Source of the DNA: a virus
Lineage: Duplodnaviria > Caudoviricetes
Reading direction: 5' to 3' (one strand)
DNA length: 60,115 bases
IMG/VR virus record: IMGVR_UViG_3300048592_000600
Coordinates: 1 to 60,115 of that record
Shown: piece after piece, positions 8,002 through 17,780 of the stretch
Layout: the number at the start of each line of letters is the position of its first letter
Position numbering within the stretch: the first letter of the stretch is position 1
Made by a program: the position numbers and the translations under genes
The notes under the pieces: model-generated
Seen by the model: only the letters and a program-made list of their open reading frames with translations
What the model was told of the DNA's origin: nothing
Databases searched by the model: none

Positions 8002-9428
8002 GCGCACCCCGCACAAAACCCCGGCAAAACCCGGTTGCCAAGCCAGCGCCTGCCGCCGCGCCATCGCTCGAAATGCCCCGCGATGACCTCGCCGAGAAGT
8101 CGCTTTTGGGCGGGTTGCTGATCGCTCCCGAGGCGATCGACGACGTGATCGCGATCATCAAGCCCGAGGATTTCTACGACGATGCGCACCAACGGATTTA
8201 CCGCAAATTGCGGGACTTGCACGACGCTGGCCGCAAGATCGACATCACGATTTTGGTCCGCGAACTGACCAAAAGCAGCGAGCTCGAACTGGTCGGCGGC
8301 ATGAAGTACCTCGGCGAGTTGGCCACGACGGTGCCGCACGCCGCGCACTCGGTTGAGTACGCCAAGATCGTCGTCGATCGTGCCGTTGCCCGCGAAGCGA
8401 TTCACTCCGCGTACATGATCCTGCGGATGGCCGGCGACGGCGAGGACGGTGAGCAGATCCTTGGCCGGCTAGAGTCCTCGGCAAACGCTCTACGCGAGCG
8501 CCACACGGCGACCGACGAGCGGATCGTCCATGCGACCGACATCCTGCACCAAGCGTTTGAGGCGATGCAGGAGCGGGCTAACGGCAAGCCTGCCGGCATG
8601 ACCACGGGGTTCGTCGATCTGGACAAGTTCTACCTCTGGAAGCCAGGGCAATTGATTGTGCTTGCGGCGCGCCCAGCGGTCGGCAAGTCCGCGCTGGCGT
8701 TGAACTTTGCCGAGCATGTATCTCGCCAGGGCCCGGTCTTGTTTGTGTCGCTCGAAATGACATCGCTCGAGCTTGGCGATCGGCTGCTGGCCAGCGTGGC
8801 GCACGTCGATGGCAAGCGGATGATCAACGGGCAATTGAGCAACGACGAGCGCCAGCAGTTGCTCGAGGCCGCGGGCGACATCAGCGAGCATTGCAATATC
8901 GCGTTTGACGAAACCCCGACGCGTACAGTGATGCAGATTGCAGCAACGGCCCGCAAGTGGAAGCGGCGCAACAAGGGCTTGGCGATGGTTGTGGTGGACT
9001 ACCTGCAGTTGATCGAGCCGGTGGCTACAAGCGAACGCCAGAGCCGGCAGGAGCAGATCAGCGGCATCTCGCGCAAGCTCAAGATCATGGCTCGCGACCT
9101 GGGTTGCCCGGTGCTGGTGCTCTCGCAGTTGAATCGGCAGATCGAGAACCGCAGCAACAACCGCCCGCGACTGTCGGACCTGCGCGAATCGGGGGCCATT
9201 GAGCAAGACGCCGATGTGGTCATGTTTGTGCATCGCGAGGAGTGCTTTGCCAACAACGACGAAGATCGCAAGCGGCTCGAAGGCCAAGCGGAAATCATCA
9301 TTGAGAAACAGCGCGGCGGCGAGATTGGCTCGGTGCGCTGTGTGTGGCTCAAGGAGCAGACGCGATTCGCCAGCAGGGCCAAGGCTTCGCATCACGACGA
9401 GTTCAACGATTGGGGGCCCAATGCGTAA
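7998..9428 (+). CDS. dnaB: Replicative DNA helicase DnaB
   Basis: AARPAVGKS Walker A, SLEM, VVDYLQL, LSQLNR, LSDLRESGAIEQDAD, KQRGG. Confidence 0.97.
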   Translation: MSAPRTKPRQNPVAKPAPAAAPSLEMPRDDLAEKSLLGGLLIAPEAIDDVIAIIKPEDFYDDAHQRIYRKLRDLHDAGRKIDITILVRELTKSSELELVGGMKYLGELATTVPHAAHSVEYAKIVVDRAVAREAIHSAYMILRMAGDGEDGEQILGRLESSANALRERHTATDERIVHATDILHQAFEAMQERANGKPAGMTTGFVDLDKFYLWKPGQLIVLAARPAVGKSALALNFAEHVSRQGPVLFVSLEMTSLELGDRLLASVAHVDGKRMINGQLSNDERQQLLEAAGDISEHCNIAFDETPTRTVMQIAATARKWKRRNKGLAMVVVDYLQLIEPVATSERQSRQEQISGISRKLKIMARDLGCPVLVLSQLNRQIENRSNNRPRLSDLRESGAIEQDADVVMFVHREECFANNDEDRKRLEGQAEIIIEKQRGGEIGSVRCVWLKEQTRFASRAKASHHDEFNDWGPNA

Positions 9429-9600
9429 GACACCTTGCCACATCCTCGACCTGATGCGGCACACCGTCACGATGCGCGTCGTGGATAGTGGCCGGTCTGT
9501 GCCGGAAGTTGAGATTGAATCAATAGCCCTAGACATGTTGGTGGAACTCGAACGCCGGCTGAGAACGGTGGACCTGAAAACAAAGGAGGCTCGTAAGTGA
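9421..9600 (+). CDS. Hypothetical protein
   Basis: Fills the gap between dnaB and the methyltransferase with overlapping ends. Confidence 0.55.
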   Translation: MRKTPCHILDLMRHTVTMRVVDSGRSVPEVEIESIALDMLVELERRLRTVDLKTKEARK

Positions 9601-10904
9601 GCAAGTGGCCTGAATGGAAATCGCCTGATGGAAGTATCTGGTTAATCAACGCGGACTATCGCAACGTACTGCCGTTGCTAGGCCATGTCGATGCGATCGT
9701 GACCGATCCGCCTTACGCGCTTACCGCAAACAAGAAAGGCGGTTCGGGGGTGGCAAGCGTCAATGCCGAAACGCCGTACGGTCGATCGATGATCGGCACC
9801 GGCAACGGGTCGGGCGGCTTCATGGGTATGGCGTGGGATTCCAAATTACCGAGCGTCGAAGATTTTGAAGTTTGCTTTCATGCGTTGAAGCCGGGCGGCT
9901 ACATGCTCGCGTTTGCCGCGACCAGAACACAGCACCGCATGGCCGTTAACATCGAGGACGCCGGGTTCGAGATTCGCGATATGATTGCTTGGCTTTACGG
10001 GAGCGGGTTTCCGAAGTCGTTGGATGTGAGCAAGGCGATTGATAAGGCGCTGGGTGCGAAACCAATTGACATGGGCCAATCACCTAATTGGCGGGAGTCT
10101 AAACGTGATCGAGAAAAGAGCGGAAGCATGGAAGTTCGTGGCGAGAACGCAGGAAGAATTACCGCCCCCGCTACCGACGACGCCCGCCAATGGCAAGGCT
10201 GGGGGACCGCGATTAAACCTGCCTTAGAACCGATCACCGTTGCGAGAAAGCCTTTAATCGGAACCGTTGCAGAGAATGTGCTGCAGTACGGAACGGGGGC
10301 GATGAACATTGATGGCTGCCGAATTGAACTTAACGGCGATTATAAGTGCAAAGCTAACGGGCGTCCCTCGCAGACCGGCTTGCCCGACAATTACGACCCC
10401 GAAAATGCGAACCAGCCTGACACGATTGGCCGCTGGCCCGCGAACGTGATCCACGACGGCAGCAAGGAAGTAATCGAACTATTCCCATCGGAAGCCGGAG
10501 CAACAGGGCAAGTCACAAAACGGAACGCCGACAAGTTCCGCAATTCATACGGCGAATTTAAAGGAACAACAGAGGATGCGCCTTTCTACAACGACACTGG
10601 CTCCGCTGCTCGATTCTTCTATTGTGCTAAAGCAAGCCGCGAAGAACGCGGCGAAGGGAACATTCACCCGACCGTCAAGCCAATCGACTTGATGATGTGG
10701 CTATGCCGCTTGGTTACACCGCCAAACGGAATCGTTGTCGATCCATACATGGGAAGCGGCAGCACCGCGAAGGCGTGCCACAGGCTCGGAATGAAATTTA
10801 TCGGTTTCGAGCGAGAGAAGCATTACTTCGACATTTGCGTGAACCGCATGAAAGAGGAACTGTCTCGCGTACCGCTGTTCGACCTGCCACAAGAGAGGGC
10901 ATAA
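9597..10904 (+). CDS. DNA amino-methyltransferase (N6_N4_Mtase, beta class)
   Basis: TDPPY, HPTVKP, DPYMGSGST. Confidence 0.93.
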   Translation: MSKWPEWKSPDGSIWLINADYRNVLPLLGHVDAIVTDPPYALTANKKGGSGVASVNAETPYGRSMIGTGNGSGGFMGMAWDSKLPSVEDFEVCFHALKPGGYMLAFAATRTQHRMAVNIEDAGFEIRDMIAWLYGSGFPKSLDVSKAIDKALGAKPIDMGQSPNWRESKRDREKSGSMEVRGENAGRITAPATDDARQWQGWGTAIKPALEPITVARKPLIGTVAENVLQYGTGAMNIDGCRIELNGDYKCKANGRPSQTGLPDNYDPENANQPDTIGRWPANVIHDGSKEVIELFPSEAGATGQVTKRNADKFRNSYGEFKGTTEDAPFYNDTGSAARFFYCAKASREERGEGNIHPTVKPIDLMMWLCRLVTPPNGIVVDPYMGSGSTAKACHRLGMKFIGFEREKHYFDICVNRMKEELSRVPLFDLPQERA

Positions 10905-10906
10905 GC

Positions 10907-11437
10907 ATGGTAATTCTCGGTCTTGATCCCGCCGACGTCGCTGGCTGGTGCATCCTCGAAGATGGCGCGATTGTCGAGTACGGCACATGGCGCTTGACCG
11001 TGAGCAGCGAAGAACATCAAGGCCATCGCCTAAGCCGGTTGGTCGAGAACCTGCGGATGCTCTGGATGAAGTTCGGCTTTGAGGCGATTGCCACGGAGAA
11101 CGCCAGCTTCGGGTCTGTGAATCAAAACACGGCCGCAATGCACAACATGAAGCTCGGCATGATCACATGGTTTGCCTCGCAGAAGGGCGGCATGAGGGTG
11201 CTGAAATATGTGCCCAGTTCGATCAAGAAGTTTTTCACCGGCAGCGGCAAGGCCGAGAAGGGCCACATGATTGCGGCGGCCATGAAGCGTTACGACCTGC
11301 CCGAGATGACCGGCGATGAAGCGGACGCGATTGCCATTGCCGCGATGGGCTGGGATGAGTTGATCAACGGCAAGGCAGCGAAGCCCACGAAGGTTAAGCG
11401 GAAGTCAGCGAAGAAGAAACGGCCCGAACTTTTTTAA
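10907..11437 (+). CDS. RuvC-like Holliday junction resolvase
   Basis: ILGLDP, ATE, PSSIKKFFTGSGKAEK, DEADAIAI. Confidence 0.88.
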   Translation: MVILGLDPADVAGWCILEDGAIVEYGTWRLTVSSEEHQGHRLSRLVENLRMLWMKFGFEAIATENASFGSVNQNTAAMHNMKLGMITWFASQKGGMRVLKYVPSSIKKFFTGSGKAEKGHMIAAAMKRYDLPEMTGDEADAIAIAAMGWDELINGKAAKPTKVKRKSAKKKRPELF

Positions 11438-11451
11438 CGGAATTGCGCACG

Positions 11452-12426
11452 ATGCAAGTTGCTGGCGATTGTCTCGAACTGATGAAGTTGATGCCCGACA
11501 ACAGCGTGGACCTTGTGTTCACTTCGCCCCCGTATGAGGACGCGCGGACGTACGGCGTTGGCTTCAAGCTGCGCGGCGAGGATTGGGTGAAGTGGATGTA
11601 CGAACGCTGCGTTGAGATGGCGCGCGTCTGCAAGGGCGTGGTCTGCATCAACTGCGAGGGCAAGACACGGGGTTTCAATTACAGCGCAACCCCGTTCCTT
11701 TTGCTGGCCGATTTGAAGCGCGCGGGCTATGCGATGCGAAAGCCGTTGGCGTTTTACCGCAAGGGCATCCCCGGAAGCGGTGGACCGGATTGGTTTCGCA
11801 ACGATTGGGAGCCGGTTATTTGCTTCCAACAGTCTAAAGGAAAACTTGCGTGGAGTGACAAAACAGCGATGGGGCACAAGCCTAGATGGGCACCAGGGGG
11901 GGCGATGAGCAATCGTCACGCCAACGGCAAAAGGGTCAATAGCGACCTCAGCAATCGCAACAAATGGGGCACAACCCCAAGCAACAATTACAGAACAAAA
12001 GAACGACGCCAAAACGGCGAGCGCGCGCTTGAGCCCAAAGTCGCTGCCGCTGTTAGTGAAGGGTTAAAGCCAGGGCAAAAGCTGCACACAAAAAACAATG
12101 GCTCCACGATGCGCGTTCAATGCTACGACGAGCCTGTGTTGGCCAATCCCGGCAACGTCATCAAGTGCATCGTCGGTGGCGGCGTCATGGGTTCACCGCT
12201 TGCCCACGAAAACGAAGCCCCGTTTCCCGAGAAGCTGGCTGAGTTTTTCATCCGCTCGTTGTGTCCTCCCGGTGGCATTGTGCTCGATCCGTTCTGCGGC
12301 AGCGGCACGGTGGCAGCAGTTGCCAAACGCACAGGGCGACGGTGGATCTGCTACGACCTGCGCCAGTCGCAGATTGACTTGACCGAGCGACGGCTGGCAA
12401 CAGTGCAACCGGAGTTACTGAGTTAA
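11452..12426 (+). CDS. DNA methyltransferase, probably N4-cytosine (beta class)
   Basis: GDCLELM, FTSPPY, APFPEKL, LDPFCGSGT. Confidence 0.92.
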   Translation: MQVAGDCLELMKLMPDNSVDLVFTSPPYEDARTYGVGFKLRGEDWVKWMYERCVEMARVCKGVVCINCEGKTRGFNYSATPFLLLADLKRAGYAMRKPLAFYRKGIPGSGGPDWFRNDWEPVICFQQSKGKLAWSDKTAMGHKPRWAPGGAMSNRHANGKRVNSDLSNRNKWGTTPSNNYRTKERRQNGERALEPKVAAAVSEGLKPGQKLHTKNNGSTMRVQCYDEPVLANPGNVIKCIVGGGVMGSPLAHENEAPFPEKLAEFFIRSLCPPGGIVLDPFCGSGTVAAVAKRTGRRWICYDLRQSQIDLTERRLATVQPELLS

Positions 12427-12491
12427 GCGGCGCATGACGGAATGCGTGTGGATGAATTTTTGAACAACTCTAACCGCCGCGAGGCAGGAGA

Positions 12492-12821
12492 ATGAAGATG
12501 GCGAAGAAACTGACGAAGCGGCAACGCGACAAAGTTCGTGATGAAATGTGGAACATGCTCTGGCAAGCTCGGGGAGGCTGGAACCCAAGCGATATCGACA
12601 CCGATGGGCATCTTGGAATCGAGATGGGCTTGGATGAATGGTTCAAGTGGATTGAGGCGTTGCGTTTCAGATACGCACGGCATCCCGAAAACCAAAGCTG
12701 CTTTCTTCCTGACTGCCTTGAACGATTCGAGAGCTTTGAAAAGTCTCACGAATACATCCTTGAGATGATCGAAATGCAGGCGTACTACGAAGAACAAGAC
12801 GCCGCAAAGAAGTCAACCTAA
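12492..12821 (+). CDS. Hypothetical protein
   Basis: AGGAG RBS. Confidence 0.65.
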   Translation: MKMAKKLTKRQRDKVRDEMWNMLWQARGGWNPSDIDTDGHLGIEMGLDEWFKWIEALRFRYARHPENQSCFLPDCLERFESFEKSHEYILEMIEMQAYYEEQDAAKKST

Positions 12822-12871
12822 CCCAACATCGGTTGTGATGACCTAATTACCATTAACGACCAAAACGAGCA

Positions 12872-13633
12872 ATGACAACGGCAACAGATACAAAGCCAAA
12901 ACTCACGATAGCCGATTCCCTTCGCACGAAGTTCAGCGGCCAAGATTGCGCTGTGTTTTTTGAAGTTCCGAACGGGACCGGCGCACAAAAAACACGATCT
13001 GCCGATGCGATTAGCGTCGAGTTTTGGAAGTCTCGCGGCTATGCAATCACTGGCTACGAGTTCAAGGTCTCGCGGTCTGATTGGCAAAAAGAACTAGCGC
13101 AGCCAGCAAAGGCCGATGCGTTTTTTCGCTACTGCGATTTCTGGTATCTGGTCGTGACTGACTTAGCAATCGTCAAGGACGGCGAATTGCCGATCGGCTG
13201 GGGTCTGATGCTGCATAACGGTACTGGCCTGCAAATCAAAAAAGGAGCGACTAAGAACCCCGATCCGATCCTAGATCGTAATTTTTTGTGCGGGCTTTTG
13301 CGAGCGGCCTCGGCTGGCGACAAACGCGAATACGCAGCGGCGATCTACAAAGCAGAGCAGCGCGGACGAAAGGCAGAGGAAGAATCAAACGCTCGCGTTT
13401 TTGATGGGCTACGAAAATCGTTGGCCGAGAGGGATGCGCAAATTCAGAAATTCCGCGAGGGCTTCGGCGTAAGTCTCGACGGATGGGAATTTCGTCGCGG
13501 GGATGCGAAGAAAATCGGAGAGCTAGTACGGCGTGCGTTAAACGGCGAGCTTGATCCCGATACCGAACGAATGAAGCATCTGCGGCGGCTTGCTAAAGAG
13601 ATTGTAGAGAGTACAGAGGATTTTGAAACCTAG
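12872..13633 (+). CDS. MmcB-like PD-(D/E)XK family protein
   Basis: FEV...RSADAI...GYEFKVSRSDW..EL..P.K...YCDFWYLV...ELP.GWGL. Confidence 0.75.
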   Translation: MTTATDTKPKLTIADSLRTKFSGQDCAVFFEVPNGTGAQKTRSADAISVEFWKSRGYAITGYEFKVSRSDWQKELAQPAKADAFFRYCDFWYLVVTDLAIVKDGELPIGWGLMLHNGTGLQIKKGATKNPDPILDRNFLCGLLRAASAGDKREYAAAIYKAEQRGRKAEEESNARVFDGLRKSLAERDAQIQKFREGFGVSLDGWEFRRGDAKKIGELVRRALNGELDPDTERMKHLRRLAKEIVESTEDFET

Positions 13634-13685
13634 TCCACTTCGCCGACCAAGACCGAACAACCCTAACCCATCACGAGGCACGACC

Positions 13686-13790
13686 ATGACCACGCAGCAG
13701 AAACCTAACTGGGATTTTTGGATCAGCGGAGCGATCATCCTCGCTATGGTCTGGTTTGCCTACAAAACCTTAATGCACGGTGGAGAATGA
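13686..13790 (+). CDS. 34-aa single-TM peptide (below the ORF-track cutoff)
   Basis: MTTQQKPNWDFWISGAIILAMVWFAYKTLMHGGE; GAGG RBS; ATGA-coupled to the HTH gene. Confidence 0.55.
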   Translation: MTTQQKPNWDFWISGAIILAMVWFAYKTLMHGGE

Positions 13791-13996
13791 TTGACCAACA
13801 GATACTCGCTGTCCGTCTTAGACACGCACGAATAGACGCAGGCTTGACGCAGGAAAGCGTTGCCCAATCGCTTGGCATACCGAGAACCGCAGTAGTGCAG
13901 TTTGAAATGGCTAACCGATTGGTTAGCTCACTAGAGATTGCCAAACTTGCGGAGCTTTACGGGCGAACGATTGCAAGTTTTTTTGAGGAGTCCTGA
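13787..13996 (+). CDS. XRE/Cro-C1 family HTH regulator
   Basis: RLRHARIDAGLTQESVAQSLGIPRTAVVQFE. Confidence 0.88.
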   Translation: MIDQQILAVRLRHARIDAGLTQESVAQSLGIPRTAVVQFEMANRLVSSLEIAKLAELYGRTIASFFEES

Positions 13997-13997
13997 G

Positions 13998-14216
13998 ATG
14001 CGGTACTACATCGACTGGCTTGGGCGATTGTGGAAAGGGCCGGGATGCCTCAACACTAATTGCAATTACGCCTACTTTGATGGTTTCATGCACGTTCCGC
14101 CATACGATCCGGTCTGGATTTACGCTCGCTCTGCGCCACCAGAGGACGCGGAAGAAGTGACCGAGGATCAAGCCTGCGACGCTACGCTTTTGTTTTGGCC
14201 AGACAAGATTACCTAA
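13998..14216 (+). CDS. Hypothetical protein
   Basis: GAGGAG RBS. Confidence 0.55.
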   Translation: MRYYIDWLGRLWKGPGCLNTNCNYAYFDGFMHVPPYDPVWIYARSAPPEDAEEVTEDQACDATLLFWPDKIT

Positions 14217-14286
14217 GCCCCCTTCGGTGTCGAGGACCGAACACCCCCACCCCCAGATCATCAACTCTAACCCCAGAGGTACGACC

Positions 14287-14508
14287 ATGACCACTGTGTT
14301 CAAGGCGACAAACCAAAACGGCAGCTTTAAGACTTGCAAGTTCTGCCATGAGCGCGTTCTGTGGCACGTTATCGAACGCCGTTGGTACGAACTCGACGAG
14401 AAAACATACCATTCCGAAAACTGTAAATTGCGGCAAGAGCATTTCAGTAATCAAGCGTATCAATCACAACAAGCAAGGAGAGACGGACGATTTCCTAAAA
14501 GGGATTGA
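14287..14508 (+). CDS. Hypothetical Zn-binding protein
   Basis: CKFC...H..NC; GAGG RBS. Confidence 0.55.
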   Translation: MTTVFKATNQNGSFKTCKFCHERVLWHVIERRWYELDEKTYHSENCKLRQEHFSNQAYQSQQARRDGRFPKRD

Positions 14509-14518
14509 TCGTCAAGTC

Positions 14519-15334
14519 ATGGAGCAAATCGCTAAAGAAAACAATTGGCCAGAGGAACCACAGCAGCCCCCCGCGCCCGAGGCGAGCGCCCCGAGCGTGG
14601 AGCAGCCCGCGGCATCGTTGCCAGCCAATCCACACGAAGGGCGCGTAATGAAGCCGTATGAATTTGTTCAAGCCGACGACTGGTGTGTTGACCACGAAGG
14701 AGAAACGCATCGACCGTCAGCAAGAAATGTCGTTGGAAAGTTGGTAGGCGACTTGATTGGCAACGCCGTTAAGGAGTGGCGTACATTTCGCCCCGCCGCC
14801 CAGCCAGCCCCGAGCGTGAAGCAGCCCGCGAAGCCAGTGCCGAGCGTGAACTTGGTCCGCCACGAAGTCGAGGAACTGCGGCGGGCGAACGCGGCGTTGT
14901 TGGAGTCAAACAAGATTCTTACCGGTCTAAGCAAAACTCATCGTGCCGAGCGTGACCAACTCGCGGCCAGCCTTGCCAAGATGACAGAGGACCGAGACGC
15001 GTTACGTATCAAGGAACGCGAACGAACCCAGGCGTTACTTGCGAGCATCGAAGAATGTGAGAAGCTCGATGCCCAACTCGCCGCACTAAAATCCACACCA
15101 GCGACACAGCCCGAGCCGGTGAAGTGGCGCGAGTTGACCAAGAACGACCAGTACAGCGGGCCTGGGCAGGTCACAGACGATGCGCCAGAGGACGGCGAAC
15201 AAGAATGGTTCGATGCCGTGATTATGGGAATTGATCCTAATTGCAACTATCCATTCGTCGCAAAGAGAAATCAATACAACGCATATTGCGGCTTTGAGTT
15301 TGCCCGCGTCCGCGACGACGCGGGGAGGGGGTGA
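14519..15334 (+). CDS. Hypothetical coiled-coil protein with internal PSVxQPA repeats (start uncertain)
   Basis: APSVEQPA / APSVKQPA / VPSVN linkers; central coiled coil. Confidence 0.6.
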   Translation: MEQIAKENNWPEEPQQPPAPEASAPSVEQPAASLPANPHEGRVMKPYEFVQADDWCVDHEGETHRPSARNVVGKLVGDLIGNAVKEWRTFRPAAQPAPSVKQPAKPVPSVNLVRHEVEELRRANAALLESNKILTGLSKTHRAERDQLAASLAKMTEDRDALRIKERERTQALLASIEECEKLDAQLAALKSTPATQPEPVKWRELTKNDQYSGPGQVTDDAPEDGEQEWFDAVIMGIDPNCNYPFVAKRNQYNAYCGFEFARVRDDAGRG

Positions 15335-15337
15335 GTG

Positions 15338-15610
15338 ATGAGCGAGCAACGATATGTTTGCTGCATTACAGCAATGAAACACAACACCCACGAAGGGGCT
15401 TTGCTCCTAGACCTCTATCGTTCGATGTTCTTTGTGAACGCAAATTCCGAACATGAGGCAATCGGAATGGCATCTGTCGCAATGCAAAGAGTGTATCCGG
15501 CAAGTGGTGGGTGGTTTCGCCAGAGTTGTCTTGTGAATCACGAAAACAAATTACCGACAATAACCAATCCCGAAGAGGCATTTTTAGAAGAGGCACGCCA
15601 TGACACCTGA
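15338..15610 (+). CDS. Hypothetical protein
   Basis: Tiles operon. Confidence 0.55.
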   Translation: MSEQRYVCCITAMKHNTHEGALLLDLYRSMFFVNANSEHEAIGMASVAMQRVYPASGGWFRQSCLVNHENKLPTITNPEEAFLEEARHDT

Positions 15611-16112
15611 AGAAATTAACGCGGCTGCGGAGAGAGTGCGGCGAGTGAACAACGGCGAACGCGGCAAGGTCGTTTATGGATTTGCGAAAACCGCTGGCGA
15701 TCCGATTGAACACGACGACTACGATCACATTCAAAGCATTCTAAACCGGGATCGCAAGGTTCTTGCAGAAGCCTACCTCGCCCAGCACTCGCCCGAGTTG
15801 GAGTTGCCGGTGGATGATGCTTGGTTGCGGAGTGTGGGGTTTACCGATGAACTCCCTGCGCCAATCCGCGAAGAAGTTTACGACGGAACAATGCTCTTGA
15901 TCGTAAAAATCCCTGACCCGGAATATGAAGGCGGCGACTACGGGCAATACGTTCTTGTGTTTGATGACATGAGCGGGTCAATCTGGCTTGTCAACAACGG
16001 CCAATGTTATGGCGGCTCTACGATCATTCGCAAGACAACCACCCGCCGCCAAGTAATCCAACTCCTTGAAGCCCTTGGACTCAACCCGAAAACCCCGAAC
16101 GAAAGCGAGTGA
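15600..16112 (+). CDS. Hypothetical protein
   Basis: GAGG RBS; tiles operon. Confidence 0.65.
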   Translation: MTPEEINAAAERVRRVNNGERGKVVYGFAKTAGDPIEHDDYDHIQSILNRDRKVLAEAYLAQHSPELELPVDDAWLRSVGFTDELPAPIREEVYDGTMLLIVKIPDPEYEGGDYGQYVLVFDDMSGSIWLVNNGQCYGGSTIIRKTTTRRQVIQLLEALGLNPKTPNESE

Positions 16113-16115
16113 GCG

Positions 16116-16322
16116 ATGATTGATGTTAGCAAGTTGCCTGAAGGAAACTACTTCATCAGGACAAAAGATGGAGTCGAAAAAATCGCCTACCGTCATCCGA
16201 GCATGGGAATTAGTTTCCGCTGTTTCCGCGATTGGGACGAATGGGTAAGCGACGTTATTGAGATTCGCGGCCCGATCATCTTTGACCAACTGCCCCTTAT
16301 CACGAAAGCAACCGAGCAATGA
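16116..16322 (+). CDS. Hypothetical protein
   Basis: Tiles operon. Confidence 0.55.
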   Translation: MIDVSKLPEGNYFIRTKDGVEKIAYRHPSMGISFRCFRDWDEWVSDVIEIRGPIIFDQLPLITKATEQ

Positions 16323-16585
16323 CCGAACCAAGCAAAGGAGCAGCATACCCCATGAGCGAACACGAAAAACCACCCACCCGCGACGAAATCCGCCAACGCC
16401 GCAGGGCTATCGCCGACTCTGCCGCGCACTACCGAGCGGAGTTTAACCGCGGGCAGATCACCGTTAAGACGTGCTTGGAGTATCTGCAGGCGGAGTGCGA
16501 GCACCCACCCGAGGCGATCACCAAGGAATACGCCGGCAGGAACTTTGTGGCAAAGTGCGGGGATTGTGGCAAGGTGATGAAATGA
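16319..16585 (+). CDS. Hypothetical Zn-binding protein
   Basis: CEH...CGDCG. Confidence 0.55.
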   Translation: MTEPSKGAAYPMSEHEKPPTRDEIRQRRRAIADSAAHYRAEFNRGQITVKTCLEYLQAECEHPPEAITKEYAGRNFVAKCGDCGKVMK

Positions 16586-16938
16586 GCGACCGCGATCTGC
16601 CAAAGATCGACCGCGAATTTCGCAACCTCTTGCCAAAGCACAGCGGCGACGAAATCCTGCAGCTTGAGGCTAACTTGCTGGCTGACGGCGAGGCTATCTG
16701 CCCGATCGTTGTTTGGCAGGAGGCCAACATCGTCATCGACGGCGTGCAGCGTTATTTGATTTGCGCAAAATACAGCCTGCCATACCAGATTAAGTACAAG
16801 TCGTTCGCCAGCCGCGGGGCCGCGATCAGTTGGGCTATGATGCAGCAACTAGGCCGCCGAAACCTAACGCCGCAAGAACTGGGATACCTTGAATCTTCGG
16901 TCGGACCTCGCTCGGCCGGAATCTACAAACCGTCATAG
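16582..16938 (+). CDS. ParB/Srx N-terminal-like protein, short
   Basis: IDREFRNLLP, LEANLLADG, PIVVW, IDGVQR (usually DGHNR), QLGRRNLTP. Confidence 0.75.
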   Translation: MSDRDLPKIDREFRNLLPKHSGDEILQLEANLLADGEAICPIVVWQEANIVIDGVQRYLICAKYSLPYQIKYKSFASRGAAISWAMMQQLGRRNLTPQELGYLESSVGPRSAGIYKPS

Positions 16939-16945
16939 GAGTGTT

Positions 16946-17332
16946 ATGTACGAAGGTTCACTAGAAAGTCCGGTTGTGCAGCGGATCTTGAACGACCTCG
17001 CCATGAAGGCAAGCGCCAAGGTTGGGATTCTCGTGCGCGAGGGCGAAGTCACTGGCGCCGTGCGAGTCATGAATGACATTCACGACGAGTACAACGACAT
17101 CATCGACAGCGTGCGAATCGATCCGGCGCGACTTCCAGTGCAGTACGCGAACCTCGACGATCAATGCCGCGACCTTTTGTTGAACCTGGGGTATTTCACG
17201 ATGGGGGATTTGCTCAAGGATTGGCCTGTAGCGATTCTGTCAAAAGAGGGTATAGACGTCGGCTATCATCAGGCAATTCACGACGCGCTCGCGGAGTTGC
17301 GACTAACCGCGACCTGCCCCGAGGATCTTTAA
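16946..17332 (+). CDS. Hypothetical protein with alpha-CTD-like C-terminus
   Basis: LPVQYANLDDQCRDLLLNLGYFTMGDLL....ILSKEGI pattern; AGGAG RBS. Confidence 0.55.
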   Translation: MYEGSLESPVVQRILNDLAMKASAKVGILVREGEVTGAVRVMNDIHDEYNDIIDSVRIDPARLPVQYANLDDQCRDLLLNLGYFTMGDLLKDWPVAILSKEGIDVGYHQAIHDALAELRLTATCPEDL

Positions 17333-17376
17333 GAGTTGCTAATCGGTTTGGAAATTTCTGGCACCGGCTGGGACAA

Positions 17377-17400
17377 TGACAATCAAGTTGAGGATTGTCA
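17377..17400. promoter_or_regulatory. Operator-like palindrome upstream of the membrane/peptidase operon
   Basis: TGACAATC-N8-GATTGTCA, perfect 8-bp arms, intergenic. Confidence 0.45.
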
Positions 17401-17423
17401 ATTTCGTTTCCCTACGGTGATCT

Positions 17424-17780
17424 ATGCCAGCGTTTACCGCGTTTAATTCCGCCGTTCAAGGCGTGCTCGATCGGGCAAATTCTTTGGCCGGCAATTCCAC
17501 GCTCAGTTGGGTGGATTTTGGGCAACTGTACGACCAGTTGAAAATCGTTGCCGTCGAGGCAGCAAAGGATCTGGCTCTGCAAGGCTACCAAAAAAAGCAA
17601 TTTGTCCTCGACGCGCTCGACAAGTTTATCGACGCGTATCTGCCGTTGCCGGCATGGCTGTTCTTTCTCCGCAGCCCTGTGAAGAAAATCCTCTTGCAGC
17701 TTGCGGACGGCGCGATTGAGGCCCTGTACCAAAAGCTCATTAAACCAACCCCGACCCAAACCCCAGAGCCCACGACATGA
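17424..17780 (+). CDS. Hypothetical protein (holin-like candidate)
   Basis: First gene of a membrane-rich operon; amphipathic helices. Confidence 0.45.
   Translation: MPAFTAFNSAVQGVLDRANSLAGNSTLSWVDFGQLYDQLKIVAVEAAKDLALQGYQKKQFVLDALDKFIDAYLPLPAWLFFLRSPVKKILLQLADGAIEALYQKLIKPTPTQTPEPTT

Noticed and set aside
9597-12426. Restriction-modification system
   Set aside because: The gene between the two methyltransferases is a RuvC-like resolvase, and orphan methyltransferases are common in phages
14460-14520. Possible programmed frameshift joining ORF 14287-14508 to the downstream ORF
   Set aside because: The overlapping open frame looks protein-like, but there is no clear slippery site; an ATG at 14519 explains it
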